Shown: piece after piece, positions 23,301 through 33,966 of the stretch
Numbering within the stretch: position 1 is the stretch's first letter
Layout: every line of letters begins with the position of its first letter
Assembly (NCBI GenBank): GCA_030167865.1
Contig: JALAGF010005857.1
Coordinates: 1 to 64,000 of the forward strand
Reading direction: 5' to 3'
DNA: 64,000 nt
Source: Craspedostauros australis
Taxonomy: Eukaryota
The notes under the pieces: generated by a model
What the model was told of the DNA's origin: nothing
Seen by the model: the letters and a program-made list of their open reading frames with translations, nothing else
Database searches by the model: none
Program-made: the position numbers and the translations under genes

Positions 23301-24261
23301 GATCCTCTCCGCGGCCTGGGAGTACGGCTCGTTGCCTCTGCGATTTGGAGAAGAGAAAACAATGAAGATGCTGGCGCGAACCCAGCCCCATCAGATCCCC
23401 GATGGTCCATTCGACTCCAACGCAAAGACCCTCGTTCTCCTGCAGTGCCACTTCAGCCGAAAGGCCGTGCCAGCTGATCTGCGCACAGATCAGAAGGAGA
23501 TCCTCAAGACCGCCGTCAAGCTTATCCAGGCTATCGTCGATGTTATCAGTAGCAATGGCTGGCTGAAGCCAGCCCTCGCAGCAATGGAGCTCAGCCAGAT
23601 GGTCGTGCAGGCATTGTGGAACAAGGATCACGTGCTGAAGCAGATTCCTCACTTCACCGATGCCATCGTCAACAGGTGCACATCGCACAAGGGTGACGAA
23701 CCGATCGAGTCTGTCTTTGACATCCTCACCCTGGATGATGATGTCAGAAATGACCTCCTCCGTCTCCCAGACGACAAGATGACTGACGTCGCCGTCTTCT
23801 GCAACAACTATCCAAACATCGATGTCTCCATCAAGGTGAAGGATGCCGACGATGTGACGAGCGGAGAACCAGTCTCCGTCACCATCAAGCTGGAGAGGGA
23901 GATTGATGAAGATGAGATGACCGAAGAGGAGATGGCGGACCTTGGAACCGTGTCAGCTCCGCTGTACCCAGAAGAGAAGAAGGAGGCATGGTGGGTGGTC
24001 ATTGGTGACGTTGAGACCAACACCCTCCATGCGCTGAAACGCGTCAGCCTCGCGCAGAAGCAAACCGTCCGGTTGGACTTTTTGGCACCGGAAGAGGCGG
24101 GAGACTACAACCTCACTGTGTTCTGCATGAGCGACAGTTACCTCGGTTGCGATCAGGAGTACGAAGTGTCTCTCAGCGTTGCCGCCGCGGACAGTGATGA
24201 TAGTGGCAGTGATGACGATAGTGATGGCAGCGGTAGCGGCAGTGGCAGCGGCGAGGAGTAA
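17326..24261 (+). CDS. SNRNP200: U5 snRNP 200-kDa helicase (Brr2); intron 17677-17892
   Basis: Two Ski2-like helicase cassettes (APTGAGKT/DEIHLL and APSGSGKT/DELHFL) plus two Sec63 domains, ending SDSYLGCDQEY. The low-complexity in-frame insert is bounded by GTAAGT..ACAG. Confidence 0.98.
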   Translation: MSEKNFQGYSYHEMSNKVERASKPRRRNNEATGEVETLRGRKAIGRMGDMVASKSERPAELQKSMDRRTKKQKTSGGSKRKENILNATGGQTILDFDKVTGYQPTTESSRAAFENILVSAICSCSSSSSSRDESCTVLNCACDPNCSLKSTSNDHQLTPTTYLSLPSLLLSHPKSFTQSITQSPAQLQQTTLSSKAYLGNQPSSVLRDAAEEIIQILKDGSLRDPERHEQVSRLMTGKAAQKRSGSGKGGLPADKFASMVQLGKQLDDYEDYLRRGSSSGQGDDAEKLDENIGVAVVFDDDSDANSAGDGGSGEEGMVVDLSSDSEAESDEESNSDDDLAGADDDEEKLVQGDALKKKKTSKDKSRILSVHEIDAQFLQRKLAQHFDEADEAAAVAAKVLEKLDIREGGDARQCENGLLEFLPVTLLDTVKLLIHNRVRIWACISMKRAQTDEQRDDVEQALKDEETGEGQVVWNEINSKGASSDWTRGRTPGVPDTSKSSKDVSKALDAVKSSSTNPTKVESMDVDAGPSKKNVQELDLKALSFVEGARVMSNKECKLPDESWRAMKKGYEEVHVPAVRSIIPKGEKLIPIKKLPKWTHSAFKGMEKLNRIQSRMCDVALKSSENVLLCAPTGAGKTNVACLTMMNILGQYRKAEKPGEEGIRPLNEQFNKDAFKIVYIAPMKALVQEVVKNFSNRLQDYGIAVRELSGDSSLSRQQIGETQLLVTTPEKWDIVTRQGEGRAFTQLIKLVIIDEIHLLHDERGPVLESIVARVIRQVETTAEPIRLVGLSATLPNYADVATFLRVKPDKGLFFFDHSYRPVPLQMQYVGITERNAFRRMQLQNELCYEKSLIQRKNDNQVLIFVHSRAETGKTAKALRDLALERDESSIFVREGGATQEILREESASVKNADLKEVLQHGFAIHHAGMGRADRELVEDLFADRHISVLCTTATLAWGVNLPAHAVIIRGTQIYDPSKGHWAELSPLDVLQMLGRAGRPQYDTTGEGIILTQHNQLQYYLSLTNLQLPVESQLIKTLPDHLNAEVVLGTVQTIEEAAEWLSYTFLYVRMLRNPTLYGIPDPANTLREDATLKQHRLDLVHTAACMLEKSHLIRYDRRSGLIHSTPLGRVASQFYISHSSMSVYNRHMRPTMSDIEILRLFSLSGEFTHITVREEEKLELAKLAGKVPIPVKESPNEPSAKVNILLQAYISRLKLDGFALVADMAFIQQSAARIMRCLFEIALRRNWASLAKLTLDWSNMVASRIWKSQSPLRQFHNVPEVIARKLERKVDIEWSRYHHLTSSDLGELVGVPKIGRVLHKLVHQFPRLELSGAQIQPITRSLLRVDLTLAPAFQFDVDVHGYSQLFHVFVEDVNGEAILHHEVLSLKYRSTDEEQGLAFNVPILEPLPPVYFVRVVSDRWLHSMSVLPIAFNHLILPAKFYPPTELLDLQPLQRTAVGEAALAKLFKFKEFNPIQTQCFHELFKTDRNALVCAPSGSGKTVCAEFAILRMLMQSADGKCVFVAPTDDAAEPVYKDWCKRFGSVVGRGMIVRLTGDINSDLKLLSSGRIVVASITAWDMLSRRWRQRKAVQAVSLVVFDELHFLGSDIGPIMEVVISRMRYMSSQMKQKNDVGIRIVGLSASLANARDIADWMGVAPKSLFNFSPKVRPMPLEMYFQSFDQSNYSGRLMAMAKPVFNAIAKHGDGKPTIVFVPSRRQAQLTAIDIMMYRKSQNMEPFLGNKHTEDTMEEAASDMVEPALEQVLQSGVGFVHGGMLQGDYDAVTKLFDEGSIKVLVCPADMCWKLQSVAHLVVVMGTEAYDGREKRHVDYRIVDLLHMLGRHQPDRSGKCVIMCYQPKKETLKKLLYEPLPVESHLDGYLHDPLISEIITKTVESMQDAVDYLTWTFLYRRLTKNPTYYGLQGTSNEHVSEYLSEMVETVLGDLEASRCCKMTDEGDISALNLGMIAAYYYIQYRTVDIIASSVTAKTKVRGILEILSAAWEYGSLPLRFGEEKTMKMLARTQPHQIPDGPFDSNAKTLVLLQCHFSRKAVPADLRTDQKEILKTAVKLIQAIVDVISSNGWLKPALAAMELSQMVVQALWNKDHVLKQIPHFTDAIVNRCTSHKGDEPIESVFDILTLDDDVRNDLLRLPDDKMTDVAVFCNNYPNIDVSIKVKDADDVTSGEPVSVTIKLEREIDEDEMTEEEMADLGTVSAPLYPEEKKEAWWVVIGDVETNTLHALKRVSLAQKQTVRLDFLAPEEAGDYNLTVFCMSDSYLGCDQEYEVSLSVAAADSDDSGSDDDSDGSGSGSGSGEE

Positions 24262-24764
24262 ACGAAACGAAACGTCGGCGAGAATGCCAAAGCAACATTA
24301 CGAGCAAACGAATGCAGAGCAGAAATAGAATCAAAGCAAAACGAACTGACTTGCATGTCAAACGAAACTCTATTTTCCATACTCGTCGATGGAGATAATC
24401 AAAGTAAAGTATGGCTCCCGCCGAGGACTCCGTCGGCGATCGAAACAAATCACACTGTAAGAAAACTAGGAAGTCCACTTCACACACACACGCACACACA
24501 CAAAGAGAGGGAGAGAATGTACTGTACTGTTTAAAAGCAGCTGGGTGGATGCTTTGCCTGCAATTCTTCGGTCGGCGCGTTGTGCATAGCGCCGGTGCTT
24601 GTCGTAATCGCATGTAGCCAGGAGGTGGATATCCTCGGCATTCCAATGGTGCGCGTTTGTAAGTCCTTATACCGTGCAGTAACAAGGAAAGCGGCGTGAA
24701 TACGAGCATTGCAGAGTGCTGAGATTATCGAGGCCGGCCTTGTCCTCTACGAGTATCCTACGGT

Positions 24765-26318
24765 TCATGCATGGTATCGCTGTGTGTAATTTGATGATTC
24801 AGGAAAATACGAGTCTCGGAACAGATTTGATTGGTGGCTGGAAGGGTTCCGATCAGTGTTCGAGCCGTTGCCGGTATCGTGGCCGGTATTGCTGCTACGG
24901 CTGTAGCCTTGTCCATGAGCACGGCCAGCAGCATGGCCAGGACCAAGGAGATTGCCTTGGTTGGCATTTCCGCTGTCCATCAAGCGGGATGGCGCTGGTG
25001 CCGGTGGCTGGGGAGCACCGAAGGTGTCTCCGAAGTCTTGATTGATCGATGGGAAGTACAGGGAACCATTCATAGCGGCACGGGATGCGACGCTTTCATG
25101 ACGTGCTGATTCGATTCTTGGCAAGCCACCAGTTGCTCTGCGCAGACCGCTGTAGGCTCTGTTACCGTGCTGGTTGGAGAGGTGTTGTCCATAGGACGGC
25201 GGGTAAAGAGCCCCGTGCTGCTGATGGCTCCCCCACGACGATGGTGACCGAGAGTGATCGTCAAAAGAATCAAGACGAAGAGCATCGAAGGAGCTGTCGG
25301 CATGTCGATCACCTCGCAGTGGCGGAAGCGTCCCATGCTCGTTCATTGCGACGCCAAGTGTGCCGTCGCCCCCAAGATGGTGATTGCTGAGGGTGCCGCT
25401 GTCGGCAGATGACCGCCCATGCCCTCCATTTGCGATATGTTCGATGGGGTGTCCTCCGCCGCCTCGACGGTTATTGATGACGTTTCTCCTTGCAACGGAT
25501 CTATGCGACGTCCTGGATGCCGCGTCATCCCTTGCTAGTTTGGCTTTGAACTTGCGAGACTTCTCGTTGTAGATGGCTCGCTCACGCTCCTCCTCCTGGA
25601 TGTACGGGGTTTTCTCCTCCAAGCTGGCACTGCGCCACATCTCCCCGAGGATGCGTGACACGTCGGTGTTGCCGATGGTGGGATTCTCCTCCTTGACCAT
25701 CTGGCGGCGATTCTTCGAGTACTTGAGGAAGGCCGACATTGGACGCTTGGGTGCTAGTGGGTGCTTCTTGGATCGTTTCTTCGGAATGATCAAAGGGCCT
25801 TTGTACGCCGCCTTCTCGCGAACGTATCTATCAAAGCGAGTTGGCGAAGGGCAATCAATGTTGGCGGGGGAGGTAGTAGACGGAGTGGTAAGTTGAGTTG
25901 AGTCGATTTCAGGGAAATGGACTGGGACATAGCACTCTGTGCCAAAGATGCGATCATCGCGACGCCATCGCAAACTCGCATGGTTCTTTGCGTGGCTGCT
26001 TGTTCTCCTTGGTGTAAAATCAACTTACCTGAGCTTGTCGTTCCTGGCTTCCTCGTCCCAATACGCGCGTTGCTTTGATGACAAGCATCTCCATTCTTTG
26101 ACGACGACTCGCAACACATTGTCCTTCTCCTCAGTGATGTTGTACTTCCTCATGATCGACGATTTGTTCATATCCGAAAAGCAAATGAATGCGGAACGTG
26201 GCTGCTTTGGTGGAGTCTGCTGGGCATTGGCATCGCTCTTCGAAGGACTCGCGGTTGCTATGCCGTAACCTTGGGCAGGTTGCGTGAGATCTACATTCCC
26301 AGAGCGAGAAGTCAAAAC
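24765..26318 (-). CDS. Tandem HMG-box protein; exons 26318-26029 and 25827-24765, 5' exon not resolved
   Basis: Box 1 PPKQPRSAFICFS...VVKEWRCLS...YWDEEARNDKLRY and box 2 APKRPMSAFLKYS...RILGEMWRSAS...PY. GT-AG intron at 26028-25828; an acceptor precedes 26318. Confidence 0.88.
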
Positions 26319-27922
26319 CTGTCAGATCGAAGCGCGAGTAAAAGGGTGTATCATACGAGTATGAAAGTTGAGACGTGGATTTCAGAGGATGACACCACGG
26401 AACGCGTGGGAGGGGCAGCAATGGCAGATATAAGTTGAGTTGGACGAAGCAGTGGCGGCGTGTGCAAGCAAAGCGTGAGCTCGTATGAATGGCTTGTCGA
26501 TGAGATGCTGTCTGCCATTGGCTTCTATTGTATTGCATCGCGCAGAGTATTGGAGCGAGTCATACACAGAGCAGATTGGGCATGGGAGTATGAAAGTGGA
26601 GTACTAGTACGGTACCTTCATCCATCCAACCCGCACATTCACGCGATCACGCATCCATCCATCCATCCATCCATCCAACCCATGCAACCGCTCACAATCC
26701 ATCAGCTCTTCGACTCATCCATTCAGAGAGCATGCCGCAGGATGAATATGCCATTCAAAGAGTTCGGGAGTACTTTTTCATCAGGAAACGCAACAGTCGA
26801 CCATGCAACAACTCAGCTCAACCCAACTCATCTTCGTCCCAGTCAAGCCAAGACTGGTAGGCAAAGCTCAGCTCAGGTGTATTCCTTCTCAGTTCTTCGA
26901 CAATCCGTTCAGCGCTGCGCACTCACCCTTCTTGCATTCGTCGAGTCCATTGTTGATGATGGCCGTAGTGTATCGGATGAGTATGGTCGAGCACCGTAGA
27001 GTATATTCGATAATCTGTTGAACTCAAACCAAAATTGTGATCATGTCTTTGCGCTCACACAGGAACATGATCTCTCTTGACAATGCCCTCCTTTCATTGC
27101 CCAAGTGGGGAGCAATACAAAATTTCATCCCGAGTTGTCGTCGCTTGTGTTGCTGCTTGTTGTTTGTTGGTGGCAGCTGTATTGGCATGGTTGCTGCTGT
27201 TCACACTGAGGCTGCAGTTGTTTCTGTCAACGTTGTTGTGGCTCCGCACGATCGATCCGTTGCAACTTTATCTTTGCTTAAAAGTCAACACATTTGAAAT
27301 AATCAGTCTCTCCAAAGTGAGGTGCAGCATGTGGTTCCATACTCAAGGTGGACGCGGTTGTGGGACCTATTGGTCAAACTATGGGAATAGTTTTCCATGT
27401 CCCGCGGGGTCGGTCCCACCAGGCAAAATCCATCCAAATCGCTCTCCTGGACGTACGGGACAACCGCCGCATCGGTCTGACCATGGAGAGTACGTGCATC
27501 TGTCCCCCTCTTCCGCCCTCCACCCGATATCTTGCGTGCATTAATTTTGGATGAATTGAACAATAGACTGGGAGCCGACGATCTTGTGTTGCGATCGTCA
27601 TGGAGACATCCAAAAAATCCCGCCACACCTCTCTAGGTTTATGTCGTAGACTGTGTCCATTCGTCCGTCGACGACAGCGACGTTCGTGCGTGTTTAGGTG
27701 AGTCGTCAGCATTCCATCACTGTTTCGAGGTCAATCAGCAGGGTGGCAGGTTGGGATAGAGTTAGTTCTGCAAGACAAAATGGATCAATGGATGGATGGA
27801 TATCTACACTGCGCTACACTATGTTTGGTATTGGTACAGCGGGCTGTCAGAGTGGTGTGCTCCATGGAGGATTCATGACAAGGCATGCGAATGGATAAAC
27901 GTACCGTGAGGTGCAAATCAGA

Positions 27923-29167
27923 TCAATACCTGGCTCTTTTGGTGGCTGGCATGTCGCTTTCTCTTCGTTGTTGTCGTCCGCCGTTGTGGCTACCGTTGTT
28001 GCTGCCGCCATCCTCAAGCATCGAAAAAGAAAATCCTGCCTTTTCAGGCACGGGTCCCATATCCTCCCAACCGTCGACCGCCCAACCTCCGGAACCAAAC
28101 GCGTACGAACCATACCCGGCCTTCCAGCCATTGCGTGCGTAGGCGACAGCGAGACCGGCGTATTTCCCCGATGACATCGTTCCAATCCCAGCTCTCAAGC
28201 CCAGGCTCTTCGCACCTCCCGATGGCGCCTGTCGTCTCTGGTCCTCCTTCGGCGTGGCGAGTTTGATTTCCACGTTGCGACCTTGCACCACGACTGGTTG
28301 TGCAGCGAGGGCCTTCTGCGCACCACTAGAGCCATTTTCGAATGTGACGAAGCCGAAGCATCTGGACCGGTTTGTGACCTGATCCACCATGACGATTGCA
28401 TCCACGACGGGTCCGAACTGCTCAAATACGCTCTTGAGCTCATCCTTGTACACGTTGGGTGGTATGCCGCCGACGAATACCTTGTTCTGCAGCTGCTCCG
28501 GCGTTGGTTCCTTGCCGTACCGTCCGGCACCGCGTTCGCCTCCGCCGCGCTCACCATGATGTCCCCCGTGACTGGATTGTTGATGCGACCCCGACGATGG
28601 CGGTGCGGCTCCCTCGCCACCGCGATGGATGGAGGGAGGGGCGATGCCGCGTGCCTGGGCGCGCTTGACGTCCACGATCTTGTGATTGATCTCGTGGCGC
28701 GCTTCGTTCATGACGAGGTCCACCGTCGCAGCGTCCTGGAAGACGACGAAGGCAAAGCCTCTGGGATCGCCCGTGACACGGTCCTTCATCACCTCGACGG
28801 ACGCGACGGGTCCGTACTGCTGAAAGTGCCATCGCAATGATTCTTCCGTCGTTTGCCATGACAGTCCGCCGACGAAGATCTTGCCTTTGATTGAGTTGGA
28901 TTGTGGTTCATGTGATACGTGTGGTGCGTGTGATACGTGTGCGTGTGCGTGCGAATGGTGTATTGATGATGGGTGAGCGCGCGTTCGAATCTGATCAGTT
29001 GCTTCTTCATCAGACTGGAGTCCGTTGCAGACAAACAACATCCAGCACAACTGCGAATACTCGTACTCACCTTGATCCAACGCAGGCCCACCGCTCTGTT
29101 TGTGCTTTTGGCCACCGCCGTAGTGTCCACCGCCACCACCTGATGCGCTGCCGTAGTGATCTCCCAT
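27923..29167 (-). CDS. Two-RRM RNA-binding protein (hnRNP A1/Musashi/Hrp1-like); intron 29070-28885
   Basis: RNP2/RNP1 pairs KIFVGGL/RGFAFVVF and KVFVGGI/RCFGFVTF. The GTGAGT..AAAG intron restores DQG-KIFVGG. Confidence 0.92.
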   Translation of the reverse strand: MGDHYGSASGGGGGHYGGGQKHKQSGGPALDQGEYEYSQLCWMLFVCNGLQSDEEATDQIRTRAHPSSIHHSHAHAHVSHAPHVSHEPQSNSIKGKIFVGGLSWQTTEESLRWHFQQYGPVASVEVMKDRVTGDPRGFAFVVFQDAATVDLVMNEARHEINHKIVDVKRAQARGIAPPSIHRGGEGAAPPSSGSHQQSSHGGHHGERGGGERGAGRYGKEPTPEQLQNKVFVGGIPPNVYKDELKSVFEQFGPVVDAIVMVDQVTNRSRCFGFVTFENGSSGAQKALAAQPVVVQGRNVEIKLATPKEDQRRQAPSGGAKSLGLRAGIGTMSSGKYAGLAVAYARNGWKAGYGSYAFGSGGWAVDGWEDMGPVPEKAGFSFSMLEDGGSNNGSHNGGRQQRRESDMPATKRARY

Positions 29168-29824
29168 TGTGCGCGCTCGTTTGTGTGTCGTTCCGGTTTG
29201 GCTATGCTCTTGCTGCTCTATGAATTGGATTGAATTGGATTGGATTGAGGTTTGTGAAATGGAGAGGCTTGGAATGTGTTGTTCGTGTGGATGTGCGGGT
29301 TTGCGCGCGAACGGCAGAGCCGCCATTGTCGATGTCGTTTTTCGGACGAAGAAGATCGAGAACCAAGAAACAGGTCTACATCCAAGGAAGTCTAGCGAGA
29401 AAGAAGTGTCGGAATGTTGTCAACACCTTTGCATGTTCGAAGCTGCAGATGTCGGAATGAAGCACAGCATTCAATGGAGATGATACGAAAGATGCTTCTT
29501 TAGAAAGAAATGCAACAAAACACAGGAAAGAAGCCAGCTATTGTGCTCTCATTGCACCCCATGGGATAGATCATCTAACTCCATTCGTAGCATGTTGCAA
29601 CAGTATCAAGAAGTACTTTGGAGACGGTACTATATGGCGCTCAACCAAGAGCGGACAAACGAAGCAAAAAACAACAACAGAAAAGCAGGTCAGCCGTATC
29701 GAGGCTCTGTGGATTTGATGGAGCAGACACATCATCTCCGCACACCATCAATCAGCATCAATCAGCATCAACTGACAGCAGCAGCAACACAAGCAAGCAA
29801 CAGCTCCGAACGATACCCGCAACC

Positions 29825-30640
29825 ATGAGTCTGTGGAATTCGATCCGAGTGATCGGTAGGAGCGCCGAACAGCGTGGCGTTGGCATCACGCGATCGTTGG
29901 TCGCAACTGCCGGTGCGGCTGCGAGCACCACCGTACCAGCCTCCCATGGATACCTGCAACCGCAGCAGCAGCGATACTTCTCCAGCAGCCTCCTGCGCCC
30001 TCCCTCCTTGGGCCAACCCGAACCACGCACCATGAAGCTGCGCAAGCACGCCGTGCCATTGAACACGGCCGATTACGGCGATCCTCGCGGTCAGTTCGAT
30101 CAACTCGAAACCGAGCACGATGCCATGGACGACGGCGAGGACATGCAGCTGGCGCAGGAGGCCCTGCGCTTCCAGAAGGAGCTGGATGCCAAGAAGAAGC
30201 GCTGGTTGGAGAACGCCAAGGCCCCGGTGCGCGTTCCCATCATCGATGAGCGCGGACGGGCGTACGGCAGAGGTGGGCGCAAGGCGGCCGCCGCGCGCGT
30301 TTGGATCCAGCCCGGCTTCGGCGTCGTGACGATCAACCGCCAGGACGTCGTGGATTACTTCAACAGAGACAGCGATCGTGAGCATCTGCTGGAGCCGCTG
30401 GCCGCAACGCGTACGTGCGGCAAGTTCGATGTGACGGCGCATGTGCACGGCGGTGGACTGCGAGGCAAGGCCGGTGCCATCCGCCATGGCTTGGCGCGAG
30501 CGTTGAATGCGTACAACCCGGATGCGTATCGTCCCGCACTGAAGCGTCTGGGATACCTCACACGCGATCCACGAAAGGTGGAGCGAAAGAAGATCGGGCA
30601 CGTCAAGGCGCGCAAGAAGCCGCAGTGGGTCAAGCGTTAG
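29825..30640 (+). CDS. MRPS9: Mitochondrial ribosomal protein uS9m
   Basis: Motifs GRGGRKAAAARV, VHGGGLRGKAGAIRHGLARAL and GYLTRDPRKVERKKIGHVKARKKPQWVKR. Arg/Ser/Ala-rich presequence. Confidence 0.95.
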   Translation: MSLWNSIRVIGRSAEQRGVGITRSLVATAGAAASTTVPASHGYLQPQQQRYFSSSLLRPPSLGQPEPRTMKLRKHAVPLNTADYGDPRGQFDQLETEHDAMDDGEDMQLAQEALRFQKELDAKKKRWLENAKAPVRVPIIDERGRAYGRGGRKAAAARVWIQPGFGVVTINRQDVVDYFNRDSDREHLLEPLAATRTCGKFDVTAHVHGGGLRGKAGAIRHGLARALNAYNPDAYRPALKRLGYLTRDPRKVERKKIGHVKARKKPQWVKR

Positions 30641-30871
30641 TATCGTACTTGCATGGTACGAAGATGGTTCAATTGCCTTAGCTGTCACCTTCGCTCAGTC
30701 GGTTGCTTGATCGATTGGATAATTGCGACTACGTAACGCTTGAATGCTGCAGCAATAGCTTTCACTATGAGTCATTATCATCAATGATCAATCATCAGTC
30801 TAGAATAGTTGTATCGTTGGGTTTTGACTGCGCAGTTTGTACCATTCAGTACTCCTACGCAAATGCAATGC

Positions 30872-31921
30872 TTATTTTGGCTGATCCTTTCCATAGGCAC
30901 CGATCCAATTGATGTCGGTATCACCGTCATCGAGAGCCCAATCCCAATTCCCAAACACCGGAGGTGACTTCAGCACCATACCAGCAACGTGCGCCTCGCG
31001 GAGACCAACTGACCGCATGAGCTGCTGGATTTCTTGCGGCGATTTGAATTGATTCCAATCATGCGTGCCCACCGGCAGATACCGCATGATGTACTCCGCC
31101 CCCACGATGGCAACGGCCCGACTCTTCAAGGTGCGATTCACCGTCGACAGGAACAGCGTGCCATCCGGTTTCAGCAAGGACGACGCCGCCGTCAGAATGG
31201 ATTGCGGATCTGGCACATGCTCGATGACTTCCAGCATGCACACGACGTCGAACTTGGGCAGATCGTCTTGCTGCGCCAACCGTTCCGCCGTCCATCCGCC
31301 GCGGTAATCGATCGAGCTCGTCGCCGCATCCAGTTGGGCATGTTGCCGCGCCGCTTCGACCAACGCCTCGGACGGATCGATGCTTGTGACGTGCGCGCCA
31401 AGGCGAGCGAGGCTTTCCGACAGCAGACCGCCTCCGCAACCGATGTCCAAGGCACGCAGATCCTTCAGCGGTGTCGCATCGGCACTGCCGCCACTGTGAG
31501 CGCCATGAGAGGCCAAGTGATCGACGATGTACTGCACGCGGATGGGGTTCATGCCGATCAAAGGATTCTGTTTCGGATCCCACCATGTTTGGCTGAATTG
31601 AGAAAACTTGTGAACTTCCGTTTCCGAAACGAACCTGTTGCTGCTGCTGCTGTTGCTGCTGCCGCTGGATAACCTTCGGACGTTCTTTGTTTCTGTTTGT
31701 GACGGCAATGCTGATGCTGATGCTGTCCATGACGAGGCTCGTCGGGCGGATATCGACCGTGTTTGCGGATTCGGCGTCTTCCATTGCCATTGCTCCCGTG
31801 GGCTCGCAGCCACAGTCATGGAACGAACATCCATTCTCCGCAGTACCGACTCTGATGCGGTGCTTCGGAACACATGCCTTTGGATGCGGGTTGTTGCCGT
31901 TTTGGCGGATAGCATCATCAT
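30872..31921 (-). CDS. COQ3: Ubiquinone biosynthesis O-methyltransferase (UbiG/COQ3), mitochondrial
   Basis: Motifs EVHKFS...WWD, MNPIRVQYI, LDIGCGGGLLSESLARLGA, FDVVCMLEVIEHV, LSTVNRT and LPVGTHDWNQF. Arg/Ser/Thr-rich presequence; start uncertain. Confidence 0.93.
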   Translation of the reverse strand: MMMLSAKTATTRIQRHVFRSTASESVLRRMDVRSMTVAASPREQWQWKTPNPQTRSISARRASSWTASASALPSQTETKNVRRLSSGSSNSSSSNRFVSETEVHKFSQFSQTWWDPKQNPLIGMNPIRVQYIVDHLASHGAHSGGSADATPLKDLRALDIGCGGGLLSESLARLGAHVTSIDPSEALVEAARQHAQLDAATSSIDYRGGWTAERLAQQDDLPKFDVVCMLEVIEHVPDPQSILTAASSLLKPDGTLFLSTVNRTLKSRAVAIVGAEYIMRYLPVGTHDWNQFKSPQEIQQLMRSVGLREAHVAGMVLKSPPVFGNWDWALDDGDTDINWIGAYGKDQPK

Positions 31922-32421
31922 TCCTGTTCTTCTCCGTGAGCTGCTCTTGTACAACTATGACTTGTGGCTGATGGTGCTGGTCTGGATAGCTGCGCTTCAC
32001 AAAGCAGAGCGAGGAGTGGTCCTCATCCTCCGTGCCTTGATGCCCCCTTGCAGTCGCCTTTCACCCCTTCCCGATCCACACAAACACCTCATTGGTGTCT
32101 CACATTTGGGGGATCACCACAAAAAGTGAGGGAAACCCCAAATACTTTCCTCCTCCATCATTCACATTCCTCAAACATGAATAAAAGTATGAACAGTTGA
32201 AATTCAAATTCACAACGCGATCTTTCTTCGTTGTGGCACATTTTCTTTGCGACCTGGCACATCACCATCTCCGTCAGCTTCATTCAAACATTCAATCCTC
32301 TCCTTGTTGGAATCAGCAACGGCAACAGCACCATTCTCTGTTGCAGTTGTAACACACCGCTCACAACACAACCTCCGAACCTATTCAACCAGAGCCACCA
32401 GAAGAAAGAGGCATCCGATCG

Positions 32422-33966
32422 ATGATCATGCAGACCGAAGGCCCGTCCCGCTTCAACGAAAACGAAGCAATGCTCGTCAACAGCGTGACGCAAGACGAAG
32501 ACGACGAGATCGTGACAGCGCGTGCTCCCACCGATCATCAGTATGGTGCCGATGCATACAATTGCAATTGCACTGATGGCGTTGGCAACGATGATGGGAT
32601 GGCCACGACTGTGCGCAAGAAGGGCGGATTCGATCCGTACGTCAATCAGCACAATCGAACGTACACCAATCATCATCAGAACACCGGCAAGTGGAATGAT
32701 CGCAAGGCTGAGGACTTCCACATCTTGTACATGCGGCTCATCAAGCATCAGGAGGCGGAAGAGACATCGGTGGATCAATACATTGGCTTTGTCTTTGACG
32801 AAATCATGCGTGAATGCGCCGACCTCATGATGTCTTGCTCATCCCTCAATTCCGCAAAGCGAGAGCTTCCCGTGTCGTCGCTGCGTCAGTGCTTGGCTGC
32901 ATCGAAGGCATCCAACAATCATCCACTGCGACGTTATCTCAACACGGACCGCCAGCTGAACTACGTCTTGCAATCCCTCACAACGGACCATCGCGTCGCG
33001 TGCAACGAGAGTCAGGGTTGCGACGTCTCCTTCGACAGCGATGATTCGAAGGATTCCGATTCGGCAACATCGGTCGTGACTTGCGATGAGATCATCCACT
33101 GCTACAAGATCTGCGTCGCCGGCATGCAAGCTCTGGCTAAGAATCAAGCGGATAGAACCGACCGGTCGAAGATAAGGAACAGAGCGATGAAGATGATGGC
33201 GTTCTTCCAACCGAGCGATAGTCAGACGGCCAATGACACGATCACAGGACAGTGCGTCCAAGTCAGAACATCGCCTTTGGATCAATCAAGAAGTGCGCGT
33301 ATTACGCGATTCATGCGATCATGGCGCGGTCTCATGCTCAGTATCTTTGTTGCGTTTGCCTTGGGATCAGCGTGCGCACGGTCATTTATTGGTCATCCAC
33401 TCGGCGCAGGAGAGAGCTTGTGCGAAGCCTCCCATCTGTGCTCATCTGGGCACAGCAATAGGAAACATGGCAGTGGCTACGGCATGGAAACACCAAGCAA
33501 GACAACGTTCAATGCTGCATCACAAGCAAATCAACGAAAGCAACAGGACGGTGGTGGATCTGCTCCATCATCCACTGTTCGTTCCTCGTCATTGCTGCAT
33601 GGCTCGACATCGAAATCATCAGATGCGTCTCGCCGTCGCAATGCAATCCAATCATTGCTCGTGAAGGAAGTGCGTACAAGTACCAGCTCAACCAGCAACG
33701 CACGTCAGCATGTGACAAAGAAGGCCGATTCATCCGTGAGCGCAGTACCCTCTACGACCAAAGATCAAGCACCTATTTCAATCATTGCAAGTGCGACAGC
33801 GGCCGGCGGGATCCTGCTCCCGATTCTGGGCATGTCCATCACGCCCACATCTTCGATTCCGTTGGTCGCGGTCGGAACCACTGTGATCGTAGCGTCGCTA
33901 GTTGCTCAGGGCATCAAGATCATGGCTGGCCGGCTGTTTGGGAAGTTCCGCCACGTGCAGGGATGA
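32422..33966 (+). CDS. Hypothetical membrane protein, 514 aa
   Basis: Long uninterrupted ORF with hydrophobic segments GLMLSIFVAFALGSA and, near the C-terminus, ISIIASATAAGGILLPILG and IPLVAVGTTVIVASLVA. No family recognised. Confidence 0.6.
   Translation: MIMQTEGPSRFNENEAMLVNSVTQDEDDEIVTARAPTDHQYGADAYNCNCTDGVGNDDGMATTVRKKGGFDPYVNQHNRTYTNHHQNTGKWNDRKAEDFHILYMRLIKHQEAEETSVDQYIGFVFDEIMRECADLMMSCSSLNSAKRELPVSSLRQCLAASKASNNHPLRRYLNTDRQLNYVLQSLTTDHRVACNESQGCDVSFDSDDSKDSDSATSVVTCDEIIHCYKICVAGMQALAKNQADRTDRSKIRNRAMKMMAFFQPSDSQTANDTITGQCVQVRTSPLDQSRSARITRFMRSWRGLMLSIFVAFALGSACARSFIGHPLGAGESLCEASHLCSSGHSNRKHGSGYGMETPSKTTFNAASQANQRKQQDGGGSAPSSTVRSSSLLHGSTSKSSDASRRRNAIQSLLVKEVRTSTSSTSNARQHVTKKADSSVSAVPSTTKDQAPISIIASATAAGGILLPILGMSITPTSSIPLVAVGTTVIVASLVAQGIKIMAGRLFGKFRHVQG

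Noticed and set aside
18154..23688. Several 400-600-aa minus-strand ORFs
   Set aside because: Antisense shadows of BRR2.
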